A stretch of DNA of 64,000 nt from IMG/VR virus record IMGVR_UViG_3300026488_000013, positions 1 to 64,000 of that record; one strand, 5' to 3'. Of the stretch, positions 39,515 through 49,981 are shown piece by piece. The translations under genes were made by a program, and so were the position numbers. The notes beneath the pieces were generated by a model, which was given only the letters and a program-made list of their open reading frames with translations, had not been told where the DNA came from and did no database searches. Source of the DNA: a virus. Numbering within the stretch: the first letter of the stretch is position 1; every line of letters starts with the position of its first letter.

Positions 39515-40096
39515 TTAATGTTTGGGTCGTATTATAAATTTAATTTTGAATTGTTCTGTATTAATGTTGCGTCGAGTTATTTTGGCTCTAGGGTCAAGTA
39601 TAATTGTTTTATCGTCAAATTTATCAATATTGAACACTAATTTATACAATTTGTTAATTTCAATGTCTCCTATAATATATCCATTCTTTGTTTCAGGGGT
39701 GGAAATCAACAACAGCATTGTTTCGTGAATAACTAATTGTTCAACATTAGTTGGGTGTTTTTGTAAAACAGGTTTTATAAAATCTCCTGTTTGTTTCCTA
39801 TATATAGTAACACAATCCTTTTCAATAAGTTCTTTCAACGAGTATTCAACTATTTTTTCATCACCGTTTTGTTTAGATTCGGTTTTGGTTTCCCTATTAA
39901 ATCCAACCTCCTCTTGTCCTTCTTTTGTTACTTGTTCTTTTTCTGTCATGTTTTCAACCTCCCTCTTTTGATAATCGTTATAATTTTTGTCTTGTTGAAC
40001 TATATCTTCTAATTGTAAATCTTGAAATTCTTGCGATTTTTCCCTACTTTCAACTATAACTTCTGTATTTTTTCTCTTGCGACCTCTTTTTGCCAT
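39515..40096 (-). CDS. Hypothetical protein
   Basis: 193-aa ORF with AGGAG RBS. Confidence 0.7.
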   Translation of the reverse strand: MAKRGRKRKNTEVIVESREKSQEFQDLQLEDIVQQDKNYNDYQKREVENMTEKEQVTKEGQEEVGFNRETKTESKQNGDEKIVEYSLKELIEKDCVTIYRKQTGDFIKPVLQKHPTNVEQLVIHETMLLLISTPETKNGYIIGDIEINKLYKLVFNIDKFDDKTIILDPRAKITRRNINTEQFKIKFIIRPKH

Positions 40097-40157
40097 TTAA
40101 AACTCCTTTTAATTATTACTGCTTTTTGAAACTTTTTATATATTTGTTTCATCATCT

Positions 40158-40841
40158 TCACACAAAATAACTTTTTATAAAATTGAGTTTGTTTATATCT
40201 GTCACAATTATTTCGGAATTAGGAATTTTCCTTAACAACTCATGTTTTGGGAAAATATTCGGCTTACTTATAAAATTAAGTATTTCATAATCATAATATG
40301 TCTGACGTGGGATTAAATTATTTCGAATTTTATTGCTCAAATATACATTAAACCTTTTTACTGTATCATTATTAAATTTTAAAACTCTATTTTTTAAATA
40401 AACTAAGTTAGTTATAGTATAAACATGTTTGCAAACCCAAGGGATTTGATGCGGATTTTTCTTTTTGGGTGGAATATTTAAAAAAGGGGATAAAAATAAT
40501 TCGTGATACAATATTGAATTTAATTTATTATGTAATACATATGCAAATGTATATCTGAAATCCGGACATGAACAATATACTTTCAATTTTTGGTTAGGTT
40601 TAGTTAGCATATCACTGTTTTTATCCATTAAAGATATTGAGGTGTAATAATGTGAGCCGAAATTCTCTTCAGAATAAACGATGAAATTCAATGCATTATA
40701 TTGTTTGTTATATGAAAACAAATACACTGCATGTTTCAATCTCAGAAATGACTCATAAGGATGCCTATTCGTATTTTTTCTATTAACAAAATATGATGGT
40801 ATTGTTAATATACTTGATAATTTAATACCGCCGCCGGTCAT
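40158..40841 (-). CDS. SWIM-type zinc finger protein
   Basis: YCSCPDF...VCKH. Confidence 0.7.
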   Translation of the reverse strand: MTGGGIKLSSILTIPSYFVNRKNTNRHPYESFLRLKHAVYLFSYNKQYNALNFIVYSEENFGSHYYTSISLMDKNSDMLTKPNQKLKVYCSCPDFRYTFAYVLHNKLNSILYHELFLSPFLNIPPKKKNPHQIPWVCKHVYTITNLVYLKNRVLKFNNDTVKRFNVYLSNKIRNNLIPRQTYYDYEILNFISKPNIFPKHELLRKIPNSEIIVTDINKLNFIKSYFV

Positions 40842-41728
40842 TTAGTTAAATCGGAAGGTAATAATATCTCATTTCTGAAATATTTATAAAACCTTTCCAA
40901 TTTTAAAAAAACTTCTTTTACGTCAGAAGGCCGTGATACAATATATGGATACCCATTTATCATTAGATACTTGTTAATATACTTAGTAAAATCTCGAAAT
41001 ACTTCATAAACCGAAACTTTACCATTTATATCAATATCAAAGTAATTTTTTATTACTCTTGATAACTTGCCGCCTTTTTCATAAACATGTGTATGAATTA
41101 AATAAAAATGAATCTTTCTATCCGCTATTGTTGGAGCATTTGTTAATCTATAACCTCCGATAGCAAAGTTCTCATATATTTCGTATAGAAAAACTTCATA
41201 CAATTCGGGTGGAATATTCGAGTCATTATTTTCAAAATATGAACTTATAACATCTGCCGATTTTTTATTTGTTAAAAAGTTTAATAATAAACCAGGGTTT
41301 AAAATTTTTGTTACCATTTGTTCCATTCCATTTATAACCGATATTTTGAATTTATATGTTTGTTCGTCATAAACATCTTTCTTATTTTCTATTTTCTCCT
41401 TTTCAATCTCAATATATTCTTGGAAAGATTTTTTAAGATTTAATACCGTATCATCAATATCACTGACCAACTGTTTATCAATTTTTTCGCCATTTAAAAT
41501 TCTTCTTTCTAATTGTTTTATTAAATCCGAAATAACATCAAACATTTTAAACAATTTATCCCTGGAATTGGGCGGCGGGAATAACACTGGCTGAATATTT
41601 GTTATTTTCTGCGATGTGTTCACATATATCTTGTTCTTGTAAACATGCGGGGAAACTGAAATAAGCATTTGTAATTGATTATCTTTTAAAATAAAAAATT
41701 TGTTAAAAATTTCTGTCTGCTGTAACAT
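40838..41728 (-). CDS. Hypothetical protein
   Basis: 296-aa ORF; ATGA overlap with the next gene. Confidence 0.7.
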   Translation of the reverse strand: MLQQTEIFNKFFILKDNQLQMLISVSPHVYKNKIYVNTSQKITNIQPVLFPPPNSRDKLFKMFDVISDLIKQLERRILNGEKIDKQLVSDIDDTVLNLKKSFQEYIEIEKEKIENKKDVYDEQTYKFKISVINGMEQMVTKILNPGLLLNFLTNKKSADVISSYFENNDSNIPPELYEVFLYEIYENFAIGGYRLTNAPTIADRKIHFYLIHTHVYEKGGKLSRVIKNYFDIDINGKVSVYEVFRDFTKYINKYLMINGYPYIVSRPSDVKEVFLKLERFYKYFRNEILLPSDLTK

Positions 41729-41873
41729 CGAAATCCTCCTTCAAAACGGATTTTTATTTTTGTAAAATTAAAGAAAAATTGAAAAAAATAACAAAACTTT
41801 ATTTTTATTTTAATTTATAGCGAGGGTTGTAGCTGACTATTATACAATTTATTTCCATATTAAAAATAACAGG

Positions 41874-44800
41874 TTAGTCAACATAATACTTTTCAGAATA
41901 GTCTGAAATATCAATTACTGAATGGTTCATAACTTTTTCTATCAGTCTGTCAAACATTAAATCTGATTTATCATTAACAACTGCGGCGGTTACAGTATTA
42001 GATATTGCAGAAATTGCGGCGGTTGTGTTTTTAGTAATTTCGGTAGCCGTTTCCTTAACACTCTCTCTCATTTTATCCACTACATTGTTAAATGATTTAT
42101 TTAATTCCTTAACATTTTTCTCAATAGATGATGATATTTTCTCAGATACAACCGTGGTATAAGTGGAAAATTTAGCTTTAACGCTTTGAATATATCTTTC
42201 TTCCAATTTTTCGTCATTAACAGTGTTAGAATTTTGAACAGGAGACCTCATAACTTCTTCTTTGTATTCGGGTGCGGTTTCGTCAGTAATTTCGTTCGAT
42301 AATATATTCGGGACCAGGTTTTTATTGTTACCCTGTTTTAGATATTTTTCTAATTTAACATATTTTTGTGTTATAGATTTAGCATGAATTTCTTTTCCTA
42401 AAGCAGCAGATATTGATTTGCTAATATCTGATTCTTGTTTTTGAATAAGTTGTTTTATTTCTTTTATATAACCACCATACCCGGCGCCCTTTAGTGAAAG
42501 CAACAATATAGTAATTGCATCAGATTTTACTAAATTATCCGGGATATTAGTTATATTTTTATCAGAAATTTCTTTAATCCGTCTGTTAATTATAGACGCA
42601 GAAATTATTGCAATCTCGTTTATTAATTTTTCAAAATTGATATTCCTCAATTCAGAATATTCTTTTTTAAGTGCGGCCGTTCTTATTAAAGTTAAATATC
42701 CTTCAATATAATTGTTTATATTTTCTACATATTGTTTAATAGCATTATTCCTTGTAACTTCCGCATGTGAAATTGCGCTTTGAATCACAGAGTTATATTT
42801 AACATTTTCTTTCAATTCTTCACCAGTTTTTTTCAAATTAACTATCGTCATTAGTTCTGGGTTGCGTCGCATAAATTCCTTAGCTATTTTTTTACCAACA
42901 AAAGGAATTGATGTAACAAATTTAACAAATTTATATTCAATCTCTACAACAACCTTGTGAATATATTCCGTAATTTTATTCACAATATCCGATAGAATTT
43001 CCTTGAACCATTTTACAGCAGAAATTATTGGCTCTAATATTCTTGAAAATATTTCCTTAATTTTTTCTACAAACTGAACAATAAAATCTCCTATTTTTTC
43101 CAACGGCGTAAGAATATTACCAATAAACCTTAATATTACATTATCAGATTCTTTTAACTCTTTTATTGTTTCGGTAAGGGCACCCCATAAAATTTCCAGA
43201 ATATTTAACGGATTAATAAAATTAATAATTTTTAAAATAACATTTCCAATTTCCTTAATAATGTCCCAGATAAATTTTCCTACAGACTTAACAATACTCC
43301 ATATTTTCGAAAGAATTGGTTTTCCAATATCATAAATTAAAAACGGAGCGTTTATTAATCTATCAAGCAACATATTCAATCCATCGATAAATCCTTCAAC
43401 AATCCCTTTACCCAACCCATAAATAAAATCTGCTATAGCGGTAATAACAGCTCTCGGTAAATCCCAAAATATAAATTTAAAAATCCATTTTATAACATCT
43501 ATTGCGTATCCAATAATAGTAAAAATTAAATTATCTTGTTCACCCTCTATTTCTTTTTTATGTTTTTCACTTTCTGCTACAAATAAATTTTTAATGAATT
43601 CTAATACACCATTAATTATTGTTATTGGAAGTGATATGATAAACATAAAAGCTTTTGTTAGATAGCTGGAAACGGTTTCTCCCAATGCTTCGGCAACAGA
43701 AGACGATTGAGCTTGTATTTCTTTGTGTATTTTATTTTCATCTTTAGAACCAAAAATATGGCTGTAAACATTTTCAATAAAATCTGCCAGTTTTAATCCT
43801 AAAGAAGCTCCAATTGGTGATAATATCATTGAGAGAATTAACCCCGGTAAACCGCCAAACGCCCCGCCAACAACAGCACCAACTCCACCACCCACCAATG
43901 CACCAATTGTTCCGAGGATTTTATGCAACATATCGGTATTTTCATCAAATGTGAAAAATGTTAGAACTGCATTCAACAATGAACCTACTCCGAAACCACC
44001 AACAAAACTGTTTTTAATTATTTGTGTTGTTTTTGAGAATATACCTTTAGCTATTTCCTTTTTACTTACATTTTTTCCGTCTCCGCCACCGAAACCTAAT
44101 AAACCAGATAACCAGTCCCAAATGGAACTCCCGGTGCCTGAAATAGTTGAAATAGCAGATGTTAATCTATCTGTCATAAACTTAACAGTATCAGTAAATG
44201 ATTTCTTAAGTATATTAAATCCACCAACAATATGTGTATCCAGTGAATATACACCTTTAGATATTTCGCCGAGCAGTTTTACCATTTTTTCAATATTGGA
44301 ATAGAATTTTTCTCTTAATATTTTTTCTTCTCTTTCTTTCACAGTAATTACCGAATCTTCTTCTTTTACACTTTTAAGAGATTTTATTTTTTTCAAATCA
44401 TGAATAATTAATGAACCAATTTTCTCCAGAATGATTTTTTCATTTTTATCCAAAATAAACTCTTTTTTCAAATATTCGTCTGCAACTTTAACTAAGCTGA
44501 TAGTATTAATAATCAATTCACTGACATTTTTTATTTGGTCTTTATTTAAAACAATTTCGCCGGGCGACAACATCGCAACAACAGTATCTTTATACTTATA
44601 TATGTCTGATTTGGATGCTTTTAAAGATGTAGTTTTATTGAAAGTGTTTTCTTCTACAATACCGCCTGTAGAAAAATGAGGTGCACCATGTCTCAAAGAA
44701 CTAAACACTGTATATACAGTATTTCCAACTGCAATCGGGACAGAATTTATTATTTCATTAATAACAGTCTGAGGTAAATATATATTCTCCTGTCGTTCTA

Positions 44801-47135
44801 CTTGTTCTATAGCTTGATTAAGGTTTCGTTGAATATTGGATATAAGATAATCCTGTCCAACAATCATTTTACCAATATTTATTTCCTCCGCTTCGGGTGC
44901 AGCTACAATATATTCCGGTTCAGGAGCAGCAAATATTGTAGATGGAACAACACTATTAATATTGGTTAAAAATAATAATGCTTTCTCACTCGATGTTAAA
45001 ACCTGGGGCGGTGTTATTGTAGGTAAATCTTTTCTATTTATAAATTCCTCCAACAATTCATGAATTTTCCTAAGATATACTAAATATTCCAGATAAGCCA
45101 TATACGATGCAACAATTTCATAATTCATTAATACAGAGTTATCAATTTGTTTCAAAATATTCATTATTTCTTCATTTATTATTGTTTGGGTAGATATAAA
45201 TTCTGGGGAGCGGTTTACAAAAAATTCTTCTATATCTGTTTCTGCCATCAATTGCCGCTGATATTTCCTTTCTTCATAATTCATTTGCCAATCCTCTATT
45301 TTTAGTAATAGCCTATCTAACAGCGACAATTCTTGCTCCACAGTTTGTATATTTTGGTTGTCCTTTTTAATAGTTTTTACTATTAAATCTGTTAGAGATA
45401 CTAATTTTTCACCTAAGATAGCCCATGTATAAATAATCGGTAGTTGTTTTAATTCATAATAAATCTCCGATTTTGCAACTTCCGATATTCCCTTAACAGT
45501 TCCCTTTATTAAACCTTCTTCTAATACTTTTGTTGATATATTCGATACCAATGCCGCACCTACATTTCCTAATTTGTTAGGAATATCGATTAACATAGTA
45601 GTCAATCTATCAAATAAATTCATCCCCTGTTCTTCCTCGGGCAATTGAATCATAAATGATTGTGCAATACCCATCGCATTTCGTATAGCGGTTAATTCAC
45701 TAAGTTGCATTCTTAAAACATCATATATCGCACTCAATAATACAACCATTTTCACAATAGGGTCATCTATGCCTCCAATTAATTCGTCAGATGTAGTATA
45801 AACAGCTTTAATGTGTTCCATAGATACACCATATTTTCTAGATAGCTCATTTATTACATTGGCACGGCGTTCCTCTATGTATCTATTCCTTAACCATTGA
45901 GCCGGCGTTATACCTCTAAATAAAAATTCAGTTAACTGCATAACAGGATTGGTTAAAAACATGAATTCTTCCATTTTATCCATCATTTTATCAATAAAGC
46001 TTCTTTGTTCAAATCTATATCCTTCATATAAAGTCTCTTGAACTCTTCTTTCTCCAGCATCATAAGATTCAAATTTCTGTGCTTCAATCTTATTTTGAAG
46101 CAGGTTATAAATCAATGGAATTATGGATGTGTGCGATTCTATCATCATAAGTGTTTCCAAAATTAACATGTCATAAGGAGAAACTTGTTTTACTAAATCC
46201 GGGTCAGACAATATCCTAATAACATATGGACGCAAATATCTGGAAGACGATGTTTCATTCTCTATTTCATATGCATTTAAAAAATTAGGTTTTCTATCTC
46301 CCGCACTAACTATTTGTTTTAAAAATCCAATTGGTATTTTGAACAGGCCCATATAAGCCAGATAACCAATTAATGCTGGAGTTATTAGGGGAATCCAGCT
46401 CAATGATGATGCTATACCTGAAAGCGCTCCTCCCAAAACAGGAGCCGATAACATTAAACCGCCCAAAATATTTGTCGGATTAAATAGCATTGTTAATGGA
46501 GATATAAACGGTGTTAACGAATGCATTCCAAGAACATTAAACATTGCTGGAAGTGTATATATACTCAGGGTCAACTTTTCTATTCTATCCAAGAATTGGC
46601 TAGTCCTAATCGCCGCATGTCCCAATGCACCAAATCTAGGCTCCTCTAGCCCTTTTGAATACATTTCCCTTTCTTTTATGCTTTGTTTAAACATTGCACT
46701 TTGTTGGATTAGATACAATGCTGAAAATATTCCATTAATTAAAGGTATATATGGATTTAACATTGCTATATTGGATAAAAATGGAACCCCTTTCCCGGCC
46801 GCAGCCATAGACCCAAATATTCCAACTCCAATTTTCGAAACAACTCCCAATAAAGGATTTGTCCTTCCAATAATATCAAATATTCGATTATAAAATTTTT
46901 CCATAAAATTATCTTTATACCTGTTTTCTATTCGCTCTTTAATATCTTTATAATAATTATTGTTGCCATAAAATTCCTTATGATACCCCGTCGCATATTT
47001 TATATTTTCGTCAAGTTCCAACTGCTTATATTTTAATTCTTCCAAATCTTTTAAAATATTTTCAAATATATCTATCTTTTTATAATGTTCACTCTCATCG
47101 TAAGTTTTATTTTTAAAATTATTTTTTTCCTCCAT
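41874..47135 (-). CDS. Tape-measure-like tail protein
   Basis: 1753 aa, helical, Gly-rich TM-like segments, W/F-periodic repeats, FSTGGIV...DTVVAMLSPGEIVLN motif. Confidence 0.7.
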   Translation of the reverse strand: MEEKNNFKNKTYDESEHYKKIDIFENILKDLEELKYKQLELDENIKYATGYHKEFYGNNNYYKDIKERIENRYKDNFMEKFYNRIFDIIGRTNPLLGVVSKIGVGIFGSMAAAGKGVPFLSNIAMLNPYIPLINGIFSALYLIQQSAMFKQSIKEREMYSKGLEEPRFGALGHAAIRTSQFLDRIEKLTLSIYTLPAMFNVLGMHSLTPFISPLTMLFNPTNILGGLMLSAPVLGGALSGIASSLSWIPLITPALIGYLAYMGLFKIPIGFLKQIVSAGDRKPNFLNAYEIENETSSSRYLRPYVIRILSDPDLVKQVSPYDMLILETLMMIESHTSIIPLIYNLLQNKIEAQKFESYDAGERRVQETLYEGYRFEQRSFIDKMMDKMEEFMFLTNPVMQLTEFLFRGITPAQWLRNRYIEERRANVINELSRKYGVSMEHIKAVYTTSDELIGGIDDPIVKMVVLLSAIYDVLRMQLSELTAIRNAMGIAQSFMIQLPEEEQGMNLFDRLTTMLIDIPNKLGNVGAALVSNISTKVLEEGLIKGTVKGISEVAKSEIYYELKQLPIIYTWAILGEKLVSLTDLIVKTIKKDNQNIQTVEQELSLLDRLLLKIEDWQMNYEERKYQRQLMAETDIEEFFVNRSPEFISTQTIINEEIMNILKQIDNSVLMNYEIVASYMAYLEYLVYLRKIHELLEEFINRKDLPTITPPQVLTSSEKALLFLTNINSVVPSTIFAAPEPEYIVAAPEAEEINIGKMIVGQDYLISNIQRNLNQAIEQVERQENIYLPQTVINEIINSVPIAVGNTVYTVFSSLRHGAPHFSTGGIVEENTFNKTTSLKASKSDIYKYKDTVVAMLSPGEIVLNKDQIKNVSELIINTISLVKVADEYLKKEFILDKNEKIILEKIGSLIIHDLKKIKSLKSVKEEDSVITVKEREEKILREKFYSNIEKMVKLLGEISKGVYSLDTHIVGGFNILKKSFTDTVKFMTDRLTSAISTISGTGSSIWDWLSGLLGFGGGDGKNVSKKEIAKGIFSKTTQIIKNSFVGGFGVGSLLNAVLTFFTFDENTDMLHKILGTIGALVGGGVGAVVGGAFGGLPGLILSMILSPIGASLGLKLADFIENVYSHIFGSKDENKIHKEIQAQSSSVAEALGETVSSYLTKAFMFIISLPITIINGVLEFIKNLFVAESEKHKKEIEGEQDNLIFTIIGYAIDVIKWIFKFIFWDLPRAVITAIADFIYGLGKGIVEGFIDGLNMLLDRLINAPFLIYDIGKPILSKIWSIVKSVGKFIWDIIKEIGNVILKIINFINPLNILEILWGALTETIKELKESDNVILRFIGNILTPLEKIGDFIVQFVEKIKEIFSRILEPIISAVKWFKEILSDIVNKITEYIHKVVVEIEYKFVKFVTSIPFVGKKIAKEFMRRNPELMTIVNLKKTGEELKENVKYNSVIQSAISHAEVTRNNAIKQYVENINNYIEGYLTLIRTAALKKEYSELRNINFEKLINEIAIISASIINRRIKEISDKNITNIPDNLVKSDAITILLLSLKGAGYGGYIKEIKQLIQKQESDISKSISAALGKEIHAKSITQKYVKLEKYLKQGNNKNLVPNILSNEITDETAPEYKEEVMRSPVQNSNTVNDEKLEERYIQSVKAKFSTYTTVVSEKISSSIEKNVKELNKSFNNVVDKMRESVKETATEITKNTTAAISAISNTVTAAVVNDKSDLMFDRLIEKVMNHSVIDISDYSEKYYVD

Positions 47136-47207
47136 CTTTCACTTAATCACTTAAAATAAAAAAATAAAAAAAAATAATTAAAATTTGAAAAGCAATTCTG
47201 ATAATTT

Positions 47208-47537
47208 TTATTTTAAAAATTCATAAATTGATTTTTTTATTTTTAAAATTTTGTTCCCCGAGATTTTATTCTCTCCATATTTTTCTTTCAATTTCAAAAT
47301 TAGATTATAAAGTTTTAAATAATTTAATTTCCTCTTTTTTAAGTTAATTATATTTTTATTTTCATCATATGCTTCAACAATACATAAATTTTTAATATAA
47401 TCAAAATAGGGAATTAATAATTTTTTATCTATTTTCTCTTTTGAATTATTTAAATTTCCTATAATTAATTTTTCTCCAAAATAGGTTAAAATTATTTTTC
47501 CATTAACGAATTTAATTTCAAATTTATTAATTTTCAT
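47208..47537 (-). CDS. Hypothetical basic protein
   Basis: 109-aa ORF; TATGGTTAAT 9 nt upstream. Confidence 0.5.
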   Translation of the reverse strand: MKINKFEIKFVNGKIILTYFGEKLIIGNLNNSKEKIDKKLLIPYFDYIKNLCIVEAYDENKNIINLKKRKLNYLKLYNLILKLKEKYGENKISGNKILKIKKSIYEFLK

Positions 47538-47751
47538 AATTTAAAAATTAACCATATAAGATTTAAAAATATTAAATTATAATTTTTTATTTTTAAGTTT
47601 CACTTTTTAGGTTATAAATAACTTTATCATTAATTAGATTTTTCTGTCCAAAATTTTTTATTATGAAATTTTAAACTGAAAAATTCCAAATTAAAAATTA
47701 AATAAATTTTTATTTTATTCTTTTTAGTTAAAAAAAATGAAATATAGTTCT

Positions 47752-47878
47752 CACATAATTCTTAAATAAATATTCTTTCAGGAATTAATTTGTTCTATAT
47801 ATTTTATATAACAGGTATCTCTTTTATTTATATATTTATCCAATAGATGTATAATTCCATTTGTTTCAAATATTAAAT
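47752..47878. repeat. About 130-bp noncoding repeat, copy 2
   Basis: Aligns with 15208-15340; sub-motif recurs at 48038-48070. Confidence 0.75.
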
Positions 47879-48085
47879 AAAATTTTTGTTTTGATTAAAT
47901 CAGTTTAAATGAATTTAGTTCCAATTCACTGAATTCCTTTAACTTGGAATGATAAATAGTAGATATATGAGTTGACAAAATTAAAACGTCAGGCTAAAAT
48001 TTGTTTCTTATATGATGTATCATATATAGTAGTAGTTTCTTTTATAGTAATTATACCCAATAGATATATAGTTTTATTTGTGTTG

Positions 48086-49954
48086 TTAAAAAATGATATT
48101 TTCATTGAGTAATGATTCAAAAGTCTGTAATAAGGATTTTTGTTCGTTGTAATTGGTTGGAGAATTTAGAAAGCTAAAAAGATTGACAGCTCTATTAATC
48201 GAATCCTGAATTATTTGTTGTTCTTTAGCTAAATCCTTATCGATATATTCCATTAGTTTGGGTGGGATTTTTCTTTGACGCCGCAGCAATTCCATTCCGT
48301 AATGAGATAAACACGATGCCATAAATAAGTCATCGTGGTGTCCTTTAGCCGCCTCTATCTTTCCAGAAGGTTTGTATTCAATAGCAAACATTTCAGAAAT
48401 TAATTCATTTGAATGAATAATATAAGGGTTGTTTACTACTTTTGAATAAAAAATATTTACCATTTCTTTTTTTGTTTCTCTATTCGTATTTATTCCATAT
48501 CTTTTTTCACCAGTAGTTCTTTTTATAGTAGATATAATTTTTGATTCAAAATTATATCCTGAATGAATTAGTAATTTTTCCACTACTTGCTGCCCATATG
48601 AGTTATTTTCAATTGCTAAATAAAAATTATCTCTTAATCCATATTTGTTTTGGAGTATTCCTAAAGCCTCTAAAATATTGTCGATAAAATATGATACCAT
48701 TCCGTATCTATTTTTAAATTCCGCTATTTGCTCGCCCGTTTTTAATGAATATATTTCAAATGCTGAGTAGTCTCCTCTTAATTGTGCTGCGGTATCTACT
48801 CCAATAACATATAAATCGTTATAATCGAATTTATCTATCCAAAGTTTTAATTCCGTAGCATAAGATAATTTTTCAATGTGTTTGGGCGGTATAGCTTTTA
48901 ATTGTTCCAATACTTCATCAGGGAATAATGAATTCTCACTTCCTAAAAATAGAAGTTCATATTCTTGATACCATCTGCGGCGGCCCTCATAAGAGTTATA
49001 ATATCCCAATTCTCTTTTCCTTTCCTCAGCCCATTTTTCATCTCTATATGGAAATTCTGACCAATGAATTTTTATTCCAATAAATCCGTTATAAGAATTA
49101 TCTTGTGAATTCAATAGTTCGTAGTATAACTTTTCAGGCGGATTAGATTTCCATTTATGATTTTCTAAATCATATAGCAAATCAATAGGAATTGAATTTA
49201 TCCAGTTTTCATAATATCCTTTACCAATACCCTCTCTACCGTTAGGTGTAGAGGTTAAAAGGAAGAAATATGGAAATCCTAAATTTTTAACTTGTCTGAC
49301 TGCATCTTCATGCGCAGGTAATAGTGAACCGGAGATTACGTCATAATTTATAAATGCTGCTTCGTCAATATAAACGATAGGAACATTTCCACCTCTGGCA
49401 ACCATCTCAGGGTTTCTCATTGCGGAATAACCATCTATCCTCGAACCATTAGCAAACTCGATATAAGTTTTTGTCTTTTGACATTGTGTTGTCATAGGAA
49501 ATAATTCCTTTAATATTTCTGGTAGAAAATTATACATTTTACAGATATTTTGAAGAATATCTTTTTTAACAGTATTCTCTTTGTATGTTATTACCGCTGC
49601 GTTTAGGTTTGAAAAGAACATAGTTGAATACAAAACCATTTCAGATGCTATCGTTGTTTTTCTTGAACGTCTGGATGCTAAATGGTTATGTTTATCAAAA
49701 CGCATTAACGATTTAATTAGAGCTATTTGTTTAGGAATAAAATCGGATGGCTTTACTTTAGTAGGAACACCCGCCGTAGGAACCCAAATATATTTCACAA
49801 TAAAATAAAAAGGATTTTTAGTTATTAGCTTTATTTCTCTTTCAATATCATCGGATGTTAATTTATCTGGAAAATATAAAATTCCTAAATTATCTTTCTC
49901 CTTTTCAATAAGTTCCTTAGGTAATTTTGTTGCTATATCTGATTTTTTCGCCAT
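48086..49954 (-). CDS. terL: Terminase large subunit
   Basis: SRRSRKTT (variant Walker A), YIDEAAF, STPNG, GVDTA, IENN, HDDLFMA. Confidence 0.92.
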   Translation of the reverse strand: MAKKSDIATKLPKELIEKEKDNLGILYFPDKLTSDDIEREIKLITKNPFYFIVKYIWVPTAGVPTKVKPSDFIPKQIALIKSLMRFDKHNHLASRRSRKTTIASEMVLYSTMFFSNLNAAVITYKENTVKKDILQNICKMYNFLPEILKELFPMTTQCQKTKTYIEFANGSRIDGYSAMRNPEMVARGGNVPIVYIDEAAFINYDVISGSLLPAHEDAVRQVKNLGFPYFFLLTSTPNGREGIGKGYYENWINSIPIDLLYDLENHKWKSNPPEKLYYELLNSQDNSYNGFIGIKIHWSEFPYRDEKWAEERKRELGYYNSYEGRRRWYQEYELLFLGSENSLFPDEVLEQLKAIPPKHIEKLSYATELKLWIDKFDYNDLYVIGVDTAAQLRGDYSAFEIYSLKTGEQIAEFKNRYGMVSYFIDNILEALGILQNKYGLRDNFYLAIENNSYGQQVVEKLLIHSGYNFESKIISTIKRTTGEKRYGINTNRETKKEMVNIFYSKVVNNPYIIHSNELISEMFAIEYKPSGKIEAAKGHHDDLFMASCLSHYGMELLRRQRKIPPKLMEYIDKDLAKEQQIIQDSINRAVNLFSFLNSPTNYNEQKSLLQTFESLLNENIIF

Positions 49955-49981
49955 TTTGTTTTATAAAAAAAAAGAAAAAAA

